Assembly (NCBI GenBank): GCA_031763465.1
Contig: JARFOE010000013.1
Location: 13,741,850-13,781,400, forward strand
Origin: Squatina squatina
Taxonomy: Eukaryota
Direction: 5' to 3'
DNA length: 39,551 nucleotides
The notes under the pieces were generated by a model. That model was not told the origin of the DNA, searched no databases, and was given only the letters and a program-made list of their open reading frames with translations. Numbering within the stretch: the stretch's first letter is position 1; each line of letters starts with the position of its first letter. Both the position numbers and the translations under genes were made by a program. Shown here piece by piece: positions 1 to 10,271 of this stretch.

Positions 1-649
1 TATGGAACTGCACACCAGCACATGTCACAACCTTTGGGAGAGGAGGAAAGAAAATTGGAAAATAAATTGTACTGATACTTCATTAAAATGTTACGAAGCA
101 TCAATATTTAAGTAAATTATTCAGATGGCCCAATTATGTGCTATGAGCAAAGTGTATTAAATTCTGAGTCTCAATTTTGAATTTGAGCTTAAAGGATATG
201 TACAACTTTGTTGTTTTAATTTCTGTCCAGCAACCATGTATGGCTATTCCAGAGCATTCAGGCGATAGGAGTTTGCGCAGTCTATTAGCTAAGCATGGCA
301 ATGCATTGTTGGCCAACAAAAAGGATGCTGCTTTCTTATATTCAAGTAGCCCCTCAACACACCAGAGAACTGTGACCCAATCATGAAGACAAATAAACGT
401 GGTGGAAAATATGTGGTGACTAAACATGGCATCAGTGTGAATATTATACCAGGTCAATGGTTTGATGAAGGCTGAATATGGCAATCATTAATACTTTAAC
501 ACTTCAAGGCTACTATTAGCTAGCGGCTACTGGGTTATTTAACGTTGTTTCCAGGAATAATAGACAATATTGCTTGTTTCTAATCAAGGAAATATGGTGA
601 GTATCTTCCAAAGATAATAATATGCTAGATGATGTATTTATGATCATAC

Positions 650-735
650 CCTGCCCGCTCCTTCAGTTTCTTATCTGTTATTCCATCTTTGGATACAAGT
701 TTGTTAAATACCAGAATGCCAATAACCATGTTCAC
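650..735 (-). CDS. ADGRB1: ADGRB1 exon: end of TM5 and ICL3 ([29 protein letters not shown])
   Basis: 86-nt exon with acceptor tttttatttcaacAG (737-736) and donor GG|GTATGA (649-648). The peptide matches the human BAI1 TM5/ICL3 segment as recalled. Confidence 0.95.
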
Positions 736-764
736 CTGTTGAAATAAAAATGTATAAACATAAA

Positions 765-1342
765 ATGAAACAAGGAGACACACACATAAACTGAAACATG
801 GAGACACACACACTGAAACATGGAGACACACACACTGAAACATGGAGACACACACACTGAAACATGGAGACACACAGATTGAAACATTGAGACACAAACT
901 GACACATGGAGACACACAGATTGAAACATTGAGACACAAACTGAAACATGGAGACACACAGGTTGAAACATTGAGACACAGATTGAAACATTGTGACACA
1001 TAAACTGAAACATGGAGACACATAAACTGAAACATGGAGACACACACACTGAAACATGGAGACACACACACTGAAACATGGAGACACACAGATTGAAATA
1101 TTGAGACAAAAACCCAACATGGAGACACACAGATTGAAACATTGAGACACAAACTGAAACATGGAGACACACAGATTGAAACATTGAGACACAAACTGAA
1201 ACATGGAGACACACAAACTGAAACATGGGTCCGCACATAAACTGAAACATGGAGACACACGAACTGAAACATGGAGACACACAAACTGAAACATGGGTCC
1301 GCACATAAACTGAAACATGGAGACACACACACTGAAACATGG
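765..1342. repeat. Minisatellite, about 22-bp unit CTGAAACATGGAGACACACACA with 20-bp variants; truncated by a gap
   Basis: Tandem copies are directly visible (e.g. at 791, 813, 835). It generates the spurious C/V/S-rich ORFs 625..1674, 704..1909 and 732..1559. Confidence 0.95.
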
Positions 1343-1442
1343 NNNNNNNNNNNNNNNNNNNNNNNNNNNNNNNNNNNNNNNNNNNNNNNNNNNNNNNNNN
1401 NNNNNNNNNNNNNNNNNNNNNNNNNNNNNNNNNNNNNNNNNN

Positions 1443-1590
1443 AGGGACAAGAGGCAGCGGGCGGGGCTGAGGGACAAGAGGCAGCTGGAACGGGGCTGAG
1501 GGACAATAGGCTGGGACCGGGCTGAGGGACAATAGGCAGCGGGCGGGGCTGGGGGACAATAGGCTGGGACGGGGCTGAGGGAGGGGACAG
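1443..1590. repeat. G-rich minisatellite, about 27-bp unit AGGGACAA(T/G)AGGC...GGGGCTG
   Basis: About 5 tandem copies visible right after the gap. Confidence 0.9.
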
Positions 1591-1706
1591 TTGGAGAATG
1601 GAAAGGGGTGGGGCTACCATGGCGAAATAGAAGTGGAGTTTCAAACGGATAATAAAATTCGCAATGCTTTCCATGGCTAAAGGACATAAAGATGCTGTCT
1701 ACTAAC

Positions 1707-1857
1707 CCCATCCAAGACACAGAAAACGTTTCCGAATGATTCGATTTCGCAATCTTCCTGTGACAGCCATGTATGACTGCCAGGCCTCGGTCAGCACCCA
1801 GCAGAATGACGACAGGAAGAAGAAATGCAGAAACGCTGCTACAAGGGTACAGATCAC
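1707..1857 (-). CDS. ADGRB1: ADGRB1 exon: TM3-ICL2-start of TM4 ([51 protein letters not shown])
   Basis: 151-nt exon with acceptor ctttttttgacAG (1859-1858) and donor G|GTTAGT (1706-1705). Near-identical to BAI1 TM3 ([20 protein letters not shown]). Confidence 0.96.
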
Positions 1858-2206
1858 CTGTCAAAAAAAGTAAAGAAACATTGACTAGTAAGCTCCGTAA
1901 CTGAAGCAATAAAATCAGTGTCCCAATGACGTTAACACTTAGAAAGTTAGCCGCGACTTTGTCTTTCCGATGCCAATTAACCTGCTGTTGTGCAATTCCT
2001 GCATTTCAAGCTATTTCATAAACTGTAGCATTCAGTTTTTTTTTTAAATTATAGAAAGGTCTGCCTCACAAAAACTTCTCCCCCAGAAGGATCAGCTCCC
2101 CACAAAAGCCGGATTGGCTCATTGTTCGATCACCACTCGCCTGCAGAAGGACTGATCAGTCTCCACTGAAGCCCATTTACATAGCGATCGACTGACAGTT
2201 AAATCA

Positions 2207-2368
2207 GAGAATCATAGAATGTTTGCAGCACAGAAGGAGGCCATTCGGCCCATGAAGCCTGTGCCGGCTCTCAGTGACAGCACTTCAGCTAGCCCTGCAC
2301 CACCTCCACCCCCCTACCCCACATCCCCACCCTTTCCCCATAGCCCTGCAATTTTTTTTTTCCTTCAG
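2207..2368 (-). mobile_element. CR1-type LINE 3' end fragment
   Basis: Tail-like AGAATCATAGAAT followed by CAGCACAGAAGGAGGCCATTCGGCCCAT, the reverse complement of the copy at 25630-25835. Confidence 0.75.
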
Positions 2369-2902
2369 NNNNNNNNNNNNNNNNNNNNNNNNNNNNNNNN
2401 NNNNNNNNNNNNNNNNNNNNNNNNNNNNNNNNNNNNNNNNNNNNNNNNNNNNNNNNNNNNNNNNNNNNCACTGATACCACGCACCACTCAAACATATTTA
2501 CTTTATGTATAAAGCAGATTTGCATTTGGCAATATTTGTGTGTGTTTAATCATTTTAATCCTACACGTATATTTGAAGCAAGTGACCACATTAAATAACA
2601 ATTCAGCGTCATATCATGTGAAAGCATCTGGACTGAACATTTAATAAATTCTGGTTGCAATTCATTCCAATGCCAGGAGCCATGGTAAATTCTAGTTTCT
2701 TAATAGATGCAGCAGCCATACACATACATACATATATATATATAAAAAATGAAATGTCAGCCTCCAATCACAGCTGGCATGTCCCTTGCTTTGCTGCATT
2801 CAGTTGCAATGAAATTACCTGCAGTATTTTATATTGTTTATTTCCAGAGACTAAATGCAACATTTTTCCCCCCCAAAAAAAAAATTAAAAAAAAAGACTT
2901 AC

Positions 2903-2992
2903 CGAATCTGAAGAGAGCTGAGCCAAAATGGCGAACCTGGAGAGTCGGTCACACTGGCATTTTGTACGTGACGAGTCAATAGGGAACGTCTT
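2903..2992 (-). CDS. ADGRB1: ADGRB1 GPS/Stachel exon, 5' part lost in gap ([30 protein letters not shown])
   Basis: Open frame matching BAI1 GPS motif RTRCLCDRL/STFAILAQL; phase-0 donor TCG|GTAAGT at 2902-2901. Confidence 0.93.
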
Positions 2993-4459
2993 NNNNNNNN
3001 NNNNNNNNNNNNNNNNNNNNNNNNNNNNNNNNNNNNNNNNNNNNNNNNNNNNNNNNNNNNNNNNNNNNNNNNNNNNNNNNNNNNNNNNNNNNTCAGTAGA
3101 GGGAATTTGGGCTCATTTTTCCTTCATTAAATTAATGGCCACTAGGTCAAACTGTAGCACTTCAAATGGTGCCCCAATTGACATCAACTTACTAGGAATC
3201 AAGCCGATGATCCTCTGGTCAGTCTGGTTCAATTATCAACACAACCTTTGCCAACTGAGCCATCAAGAGAGATTTCAGTGAGGGTCTTAATATAATTGAG
3301 TCTTAATACGTAACTCAAGGAATACAATTTATCCAATGAAATTCTATGTCATTGTAATAAACTACCTGTTTTTGCCTAGTGCAGTAGCTCTGTGAGGTAA
3401 AGGTTGAAAATAATAACATCGTCTGCTATTTTGTGAGGGAGGAAAATATTTAATTTTTAGGCTTTTTGGTTTGCATCAAGCTTATACAACAACTTTTCCT
3501 AGATCGTAAGAGGCAAATACGAATGATAATAGCAGGTTAGAAGATGACAAAATNNNNNNNNNNATCACCCACCCTAGGGGGAATAGTTGTCCAGGGTCCC
3601 CCCCTCCTGGATCCCAGCCACGTTATCCTCAGCCCCATGAGCAAGGGGCCAATCAGTAGCAATGTTTTTAAAATTTCAACTCCTTAGGGATCCAGCCCGC
3701 TAAGGAGCTAGGAAATGCAAAACTAAAGTGGTACCGTGCCACCACTGATGTGATTATGTAATTATAATGTGACTGACAGATAATAGATTTAATACAAAGC
3801 AAGATCATTGCACATAATTTACCTCAAAGCTCACCGAATGCATACCATTACTTCAAACAAATCAATGCAGTAACATGACCTTGATAATTCAACTGTGATA
3901 CATTTAAATAAGCCGATTTGAAACGTGTTTAGAGCTGCTATATTGTTAAGCGCAAAAATGATGACTTGCTGACCTTTTCTGGCTTGGTGCTGATCTTTGA
4001 TGTGAAATCCTCTGATCTGGCTAATAAGAAATTTAACATAAACTCTGCTTTGTGCTCTATAAAACAATCATCGACCCGTGTGAATTGAAAGCCTCTTCAT
4101 GCTGTGCAGCAAAAGAAAAAGGCCACGTGACTGTCCAATCATCAATGATTTCATCCTTGCCCCCATTCANNNNNNNNNNNNNNNNNNNNNNNNNNNNNNN
4201 NNNNNNNNNNNNNNNNNNNNNNNNNNNNNNNNNNNNNNNNNNNNNNNNNNNNNNNNNNNNNNNNNNNNNCACACATTTCAGGCTCAAAATTTCCATCAAG
4301 GTTAACTCTCTTTGCAAGAGAGTGACTTGCAGTCATACAAAATAATAACATCCATAAAGATGAAATACTACAAGAGAGCACAAGTTTTCATTAAAAAAAA
4401 ACAGCACCAGTTGGAATGAGAAAAGTGTCCTGATGGATCTGTGATCAAATGTACTACCC

Positions 4460-4790
4460 CCATGTGATACTGAGCTACTCAGACCAGAAGTGACTTAAGT
4501 TTGAATGTTGATCTGTGCTGACAGAGCTGATCTCAGCAGACAGCAGCGAGGGCTGGAACTGGCCACAGCATTCCAGGCTAGGAAAGGGAAGAAATCAGCT
4601 CCAGTTCCTGCTGGAAAATGCATGTGTGACCACTGATGGAAGATAGGATCAGGTCTGGCTTTGCTGCCCCTTGTGATGAATAGCCACCTGACAACGACTG
4701 TCTAGACTCACACGGGAAGAATGGCTACTTGGATGAGATACCAGATGACTGTGGGCAATTGTATAACAGTCCCAATGCATCAATCAGTGC
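4460..4790 (+). mobile_element. Degenerate SINE-like interspersed repeat
   Basis: Resembles a repeat I recall from shark genomes (TCTGTGCTGA...AGCTGATCTCAGC...GAAGAATGGC). The family is not firmly assigned. Confidence 0.4.
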
Positions 4791-5489
4791 CTGAAGACAA
4801 GGGGGCCAGCCATTGCCAAAAAATAGAAAGGAAATTCTGGCTGAATAAAAAAATAAATGAATTTAAGAGATCTGTTGATAAAATCTCGTCGACACNNNNN
4901 NNNNNCTGAAACAACACGACTCTTTAAAGTATGAGTGAATTTCCGACTTAAACTTCCAACTGGACATAATGCGTTGTTCTTTGAGGCCACTTTTAGTTAG
5001 TGGACTGAACTTTACATTTTAAAAAACTTACGTGTCTGTTTCATCCCATGCGATACACGACTGATTTGTAGTGCCCTGTTAAAGAAAATGAACACTTTTT
5101 TTAAAATACAGATGATTCTACCCAAGATGTATATTGAAATTTAAACAATAAATCTCGCACAGGCCTAAATTCCTTTGTCAGTCACTAATTCAGTCCCTTC
5201 TCAATGCAGACTACATAGGGTAAGTCTTGCAAGGCTCCACTCTGGGGGCAAATGCCTTACTCGACAGGAATGCAAATGGGACAATTGGAGGCAGAGGTCG
5301 GTCAGCGTGATCAGATATTCCCATCACTCACGTTAATCTCCAAGAAATTAGGAGCTCCCAGATCAGGTGCACTGACCTCAGCACCAAATAGTCTGGGTGG
5401 ATCTCCTGCCAACAAAGACACTCTCAAAGCTTGGAAGGATCTAAAAAACCTGGGGTTGCAAATACATAATTCCCTGAAAGTGTGACTGT

Positions 5490-5696
5490 GGTGGATATTT
5501 CTGGATGTGGTTTTCGGGTGGGTTGATACGACTGAGTGGCTTGCTCGGTCATTTCAGAGACCATGTTGGTGTGGGACTGGCGTCACATATAGGCCAGACC
5601 AGGTAAGGAGGGCAGATTTCCTCTCCCTGAAGGAACCAGTTGGGTTTTTACGACAATCCGATATCTTCATGGTCACTTGTATTGATATCTGCTTTT
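5490..5696 (-). mobile_element. SINE-like repeat fragment (same family as 6898-7165 and 28892-29134)
   Basis: Shares GTCACATATAGGCCAGACCAGGTAAG...GGCAG..TT..TCCCT.AAGG...GTTGGGTTT with the other copies in the window. Confidence 0.65.
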
Positions 5697-5861
5697 NNNN
5701 NNNNNNNNNNNNNNNNNNNNNNNNNNNNNNNNNNNNNNNNNNNNNNNNNNNNNNNNNNNNNNNNNNNNNNNNNNNNNNNNNNNNNNNNNNNNNNNNGGCA
5801 CAGTGAGAGGGGAAATGCGGGAGAAATTGTAAGTAACTTTCACAAAACAAGTGACCTCAGG

Positions 5862-6074
5862 CAGGGTGACCAGATATTTAAAACTAAAAACAGGGACAAA
5901 ACTTACCTTCCAGCCTGCACAAGCGGAGTCAGGTCTCTGCCGGGACACTTTCCGTTCTCGCTTGCTGGAAACCGGGATATTTGAGCAATTTTAAGGTAAG
6001 TGTCGGGACACCGGGACATTTACTAAAAAAAAAACGGGACTGTCCTGGCAAAACCAGGACGTCTGGTCACCCTA
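5862..6074. mobile_element. hAT-superfamily MITE (213 bp) with perfect 8-bp TSD
   Basis: TIRs cAGGGTGACCAGA ... TCTGGTCACCCTa, flanked by ACCTCAGG at 5854-5861 and 6075-6082. Several internal (C)GGGACA subterminal motifs. Confidence 0.9.
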
Positions 6075-6351
6075 ACCTCAGGCATAAAATAACGTCCTCA
6101 AACTTTTGGGTTTACATTCTCGTTGGCTCTATCCTTGGATGAGTGGCCCTCAACAGTTTGAATACTCAAGTGCCCTGCTAAATACTCGTTGCGTATCTCC
6201 TTGCCAATTATACCAACACAAGTTATTTAAAGAAACATCGGCATTTAAGAGTGTGGCCCATTGGAGCTGGATCTCATTGCTGATCTGAGCAACCCTTGAA
6301 GTCCAGCAGGTGAAAGGGCATCGAGCCTGCCAAGATAGCCCGGGGACCCGA

Positions 6352-6528
6352 TCAATCCATTTCATTCAGAAACAGCATCATGATGCTTGTTGCTGCTCTG
6401 GTCTGGTTCATGGGCAGCTCCACCCATTGAGGGAATGTCGAAAGCTTGAAGATGAGATTGCCCCAGGTGTTGGTAGCTAGATTAACTAAGATGATTCCCA
6501 GGATGTTCATTGGTAGTCCAGCCTTCAT
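6352..6528 (-). CDS. SLC13-family (Na+/di-/tricarboxylate or sulfate cotransporter) terminal coding exon, 58 aa: MKAGLPMNILGIILVNLATNTWGNLIFKLSTFPQWVELPMNQTRAATSIMMLFLNEMD*
   Basis: Hand-translated; below the ORF-track cutoff. Fits the SLC13 C-terminal pattern KxGxxMNIxGxxxxxLAxNTWGxxIFxLxxFPxW plus an N-glycosylation sequon (NQT). Preceded by branch-point-like ACTAAC and the acceptor ctttctgtcaccAG (6530-6529) in phase 0, where SLC13 genes start their last exon. The paralogue (A2/A3/A5-like) cannot be assigned. Confidence 0.85.
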   Translation of the reverse strand: MKAGLPMNILGIILVNLATNTWGNLIFKLSTFPQWVELPMNQTRAATSIMMLFLNEMD

Positions 6529-6757
6529 CTGGTGACAGAAAGCCAGCGTTAGTTTCTATCTAGAGGATAGGGTTGCAAAATGTACAGAGCTCACGTCGGA
6601 AATTCCAGTGGCTCTGCCTACGGTTCCCCACACGCCTGAACTTCTGTTACACTTCCAGTGAAGGCCCGCTGAATGTGTGGATTTGTAAAATTATTGCCTG
6701 GATTTTATTTTAATCAAAATCTTTTTTTCTTTTTCTGATTACCGAGGTTTGGGACAT

Positions 6758-6897
6758 CAGAAAGAAAGAAAGACTTGCATTTATATATCAGCTTTCACGA
6801 CCACCGGACGTCTCAAAGCGCTTTACAGCCAATGAAGTACTTTTGAAGTATAGCCACTGTTGTAATGTAGGAAAAGCGACAATCAATTTGCGCACTT
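6758..6897 (-). mobile_element. SINE 3' part with L2-derived tail (SacSINE1/DeuSINE-like)
   Basis: GAAAGACTTGCATTTATAT...CTTTACAGCCAATGAAGTACTTTTGAAGT; same motif as 30566-30857. Confidence 0.7.
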
Positions 6898-7165
6898 CAG
6901 AAGGCAATTAAGAGTCAACCAAATTGTTGTGGGACTGGTGTCACGTGTAGACCAGACTAGGTAAGAACGGCAGGTTTGCTTCCTTAAAGGGCATTAGTGA
7001 ATCCGTTGGGTTTGCAATCCAGCAACTTAAATGGTCACTTTTACTGACCAGCTTTTTACTTCTAGATTTAAAGGAAAAACTGAATTAAAATTCACAAACT
7101 GCAATGTTGGGATTCCAGGCCCCCGGGCCTATGAGTCCGGTAACAAAACTGCTACACTGCCGTAC
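6898..7165 (-). mobile_element. SINE-like repeat (family of 5490-5696 and 28892-29134)
   Basis: GGCAATTAAGAGTCAACCA...GTCACGTGTAGACCAGACTAGGTAAG matches the other copies. Confidence 0.65.
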
Positions 7166-7886
7166 CTGTTTGCCTTTACAGAAACACTCCCTACATGCCT
7201 TGATATCAATAACAATACAACACCTAGCTCCCGGGGGTAACAAAACAGAAAAAAATAGCAACAACTGAAGAATGGAAATTAAAAAATGAGTCAAAAAGCT
7301 TTCCCCTTTAAGAGCTCCTCCATGCACGACATTACTGTTAATTCTCATGCAGATAGATGAGCAGAATTCATAACGTGATCATACACTAAACTAATGTGGG
7401 CATTGCATTGGGGATATTGACATGAATTAGAGTACAGTTAATATTTAAACGAAGCACTCGCATACTAAATGGTTGTCCAGAAGATTTCACGGTGTTGCAA
7501 TAATCTAGTTAAAGGGATCGCCATGAGACTTAATTGGTTATTGTTTTTTTGAAAGCGCAAGAAACAACACTGTACAGGAATTAATGAAACACATTCTGTT
7601 TTATTGCCCTGGCTATTGCTGTTTCTACAGTTTCCTTGGCAAGACCAAAATAACTTGTAAACATTTCTCCACAGAACACGCCGCAGATGTCTGCTCAAGC
7701 TCCTCATAATTAACCAAGGGCTGTTTTTCAAGAATTGTTTCACTGATGAAATAAGATTTTAATTTTCACATCAGCACAGTTATTTTCAATTATGAATAAA
7801 ATGTGTACTTAGACAGTTGCAAATAACCTAATCCTTAAGTAAAACCATCCTGTTGCACTGTACATAATTTGAACACATTGACTTAC

Positions 7887-7989
7887 GTTATATAGATGAG
7901 AAAATTCAATTTCCAAAGGGCTGGATAAAGATTTTGGAGAAGGCTTCACAATAACAGAGATTATCTTGGAATTCAGCACTGTGGCATTC
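7887..7989 (-). CDS. ADGRB1: ADGRB1 GAIN-domain exon ((R)[34 protein letters not shown])
   Basis: 103-nt exon with acceptor ttcaatttcAG (7991-7990) and phase-0 donor AAC|GTAAGT (7886-7885). Matches BAI1 NTTVLNSKVISVTVKP...PLEIEFAHMYN. Confidence 0.94.
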
Positions 7990-8642
7990 CTGAAATTGAA
8001 TCAAAAGACAAGCAATTTGTTAATGATTTAAAATACTCTGTACATTATGAGTTGTTTGAAGTCAAAACATAAAATAACTGGGTCATACTACTGTGGTTGT
8101 ATTATTGACGGCTTCTGGGTCAGTTGCTGACTTAAATTAATTAGGTTAGTTTTGCTGGTTACCCATCATGAGCAGGGCAGAGAACCTTACTGTGTCATTG
8201 TGGCTTTCACTGACTGTGCTACAATAGGTTATTTTCTTAATATCTTAGGCAGTCGAGGATGACTTGTTTCCACTCTGGAGTTGTGGGTTCAGAGGTGACT
8301 AAATAGTCNNNNNNNNNNNNNNNNNNNNNNNNNNNNNNNNNNNNNNNNNNNNNNNNNNNNNNNNNNNNNNNNNNNNNNNNNNNNNNNNNNNNNNNNNNNN
8401 NNNNNNNNAGGGTTGAGCACTTAAAAAAAAAACTATAGTAAAGCTGAATAGAAAGCAATATGGTGCACTGGAAATCTGCACCAGGTGAGGTCTGTCTGGG
8501 ATTGCTTTATTGGCTGATATCCCCATTATGGTAAGAGACAATAGTGCTGGGGAGCAGAGGCATGAAGTGGAAAGCTGAAATCAATTTGATGCAATATATC
8601 TCAAGGACATTTTAGAAATAAAATTAATAAATCTCGGCACAC

Positions 8643-8751
8643 CTAGATTTTCTGTAACGAGGTAGGAATCCCTGAAGTCGCTCATTCGAAAGCCAATGAC
8701 ATCAATAAAATTCTCAACAGTTTGCATCACTTCCTTTGTGTTTGGCCCAGT
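8643..8751 (-). CDS. ADGRB1: ADGRB1 GAIN-domain exon ([36 protein letters not shown])
   Basis: 109-nt exon with acceptor attttatcttacAG (8753-8752) and donor G|GTGCCG (8642-8641). Matches BAI1 [36 protein letters not shown]. Confidence 0.92.
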
Positions 8752-9400
8752 CTGTAAGATAAAATGAAACATTATATGAATTATTGCAGTCACATATTCA
8801 AAATGTAATATTTCAAGAGACAGCACTCTTTAAAAACAATTCAATTAATTGAAAGCCAGCATCCTTTTTGGAAGCACAGAATGGAAGCTCTCACCTACAG
8901 CTTCCTTATCTGTGACAAAGATTAGTCAAGCAGTGCCATGTGTCTTCTCCCCTCCCCTATTATTTTCCTTTCTTCCCTCACGCTAAGGTATGGTTCAAAC
9001 ATATTACCAGCGGCTCTCCCGTAGCTCACTCAAGTCATCATTCTTCCGAGTGTCTACAGGCTATTTATTGTGGAGCCTAATTCTGTTCTTACCTGAAGTC
9101 TATATGTAAAAAGCAGGAAGACCATCTAATTTTTCTTCTTTCTGAGGCACTCCTACTACTGCTGTCGTCAAGATGTCCAAACTCAGTAGAAGCAAACATA
9201 GGAGCGTCCTGGTCTATATGGAGTACTACTCCAAGTAGTGCGTAATACTGGGATGAGTAGCAGAGGTGGGCATTCTGTAATATATTCTCATTCTCGCTTT
9301 NNNNNNNNNNNNNNNNNNNNNNNNNNNNNNNNNNNNNNNNNNNNNNNNNNNNNNNNNNNNNNNNNNNNNNNNNNNNNNNNNNNNNNNNNNNNNNNNNNNN

Positions 9401-9800
9401 TGAACATTCAGTACTGGGACATACAATCCTGTTATACACACAGTCAGTGCTGGGACACTCAGTCCTGTTATACACACAGTCAGTGCTGGGATACTCAGTC
9501 CTGTCACACACACAATTAGTGCTGGGACACTCAGTCCTTTTAGACAGAGTCAGTGCTGGGACACTCAGTCCTGTTACATACACAGTCAGTGCTGCGACAC
9601 TCAGTCCTGTTATACACACAGTCAGGGCTGGGACACTCAGTCCTGTTACACACACAGTCAGTACTGGGACACTCAGTCCAGTTACACACACAGTCAGTGC
9701 TGGGACACTCAGCCCTGTGACATGAACATTCAGTGCTGGTACACACAGTCCTGTTATTCACAGTCAGTGCTGGGACACTCATTTGTGTTTCACACACACA
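9401..9800. repeat. Minisatellite, 36-bp unit CAGTCAGTGCTGGGACACTCAGTCCTGTTATACACA
   Basis: About 10 tandem copies (e.g. at 9441 and 9477). Explains the 12-aa periodic ORFs (VTGLSVPALTVC). Confidence 0.95.
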
Positions 9801-10271
9801 AGTATTCTTTATGGGTTTGTCCGCGAGAAATTGCCAACTGAAGGTTCACAAAGTCCAAATTAGGAACGGTTTTGTACTGTGGACCTGTACCTACCGGGGA
9901 TTAGGTCCAAATTCATTAACTGAGTAATTTTACTTCAAAACACTTTTTTAAAATATACACAGGTAGAACAGTGAATTAGAGTCATTTCAATTCTTGGCAC
10001 AAAAGTCTCCTCAGTCTACTGCCTGTTAGAATATAATAGTTAAAGTGAGTCAAAGGCCAGGAATTTCCTTGAAACTGCTCACACTTCACCTCTGTAACTT
10101 CGCTGGAAGTGTGACAGTAACCCCCTCCTTACAAGTATGGTTAGAAAAGCACACAGTCAAGTTAAAAAAGTACAGGCTTGGATTTATATACTCGATGGGC
10201 TATAAATAGGAGAGAGTGGGGAACTTCTATCCCATACCTTTTCCATCAATCAACTATCACATTTTACTAAC

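Noticed and set aside
765-1342. Possible CRISPR-like array (also considered for 9401-9800)
   Set aside because: Units are head-to-tail with no unique spacers, in vertebrate intronic DNA.
625-1909. Long Cys/Val-rich ORFs of 275-401 aa
   Set aside because: They are translations of the 22-bp and G-rich minisatellites plus an N run. Only 650-735 and 1707-1857 are real coding exons.
9093-9274. Open frame ending at a perfect CAG|GTAAG donor between two ADGRB1 GAIN exons
   Set aside because: No similarity to the expected missing exon (NFVQILSNLL...) or to SLC13, a poor pyrimidine tract, and a length (182 nt) that would break the frame.
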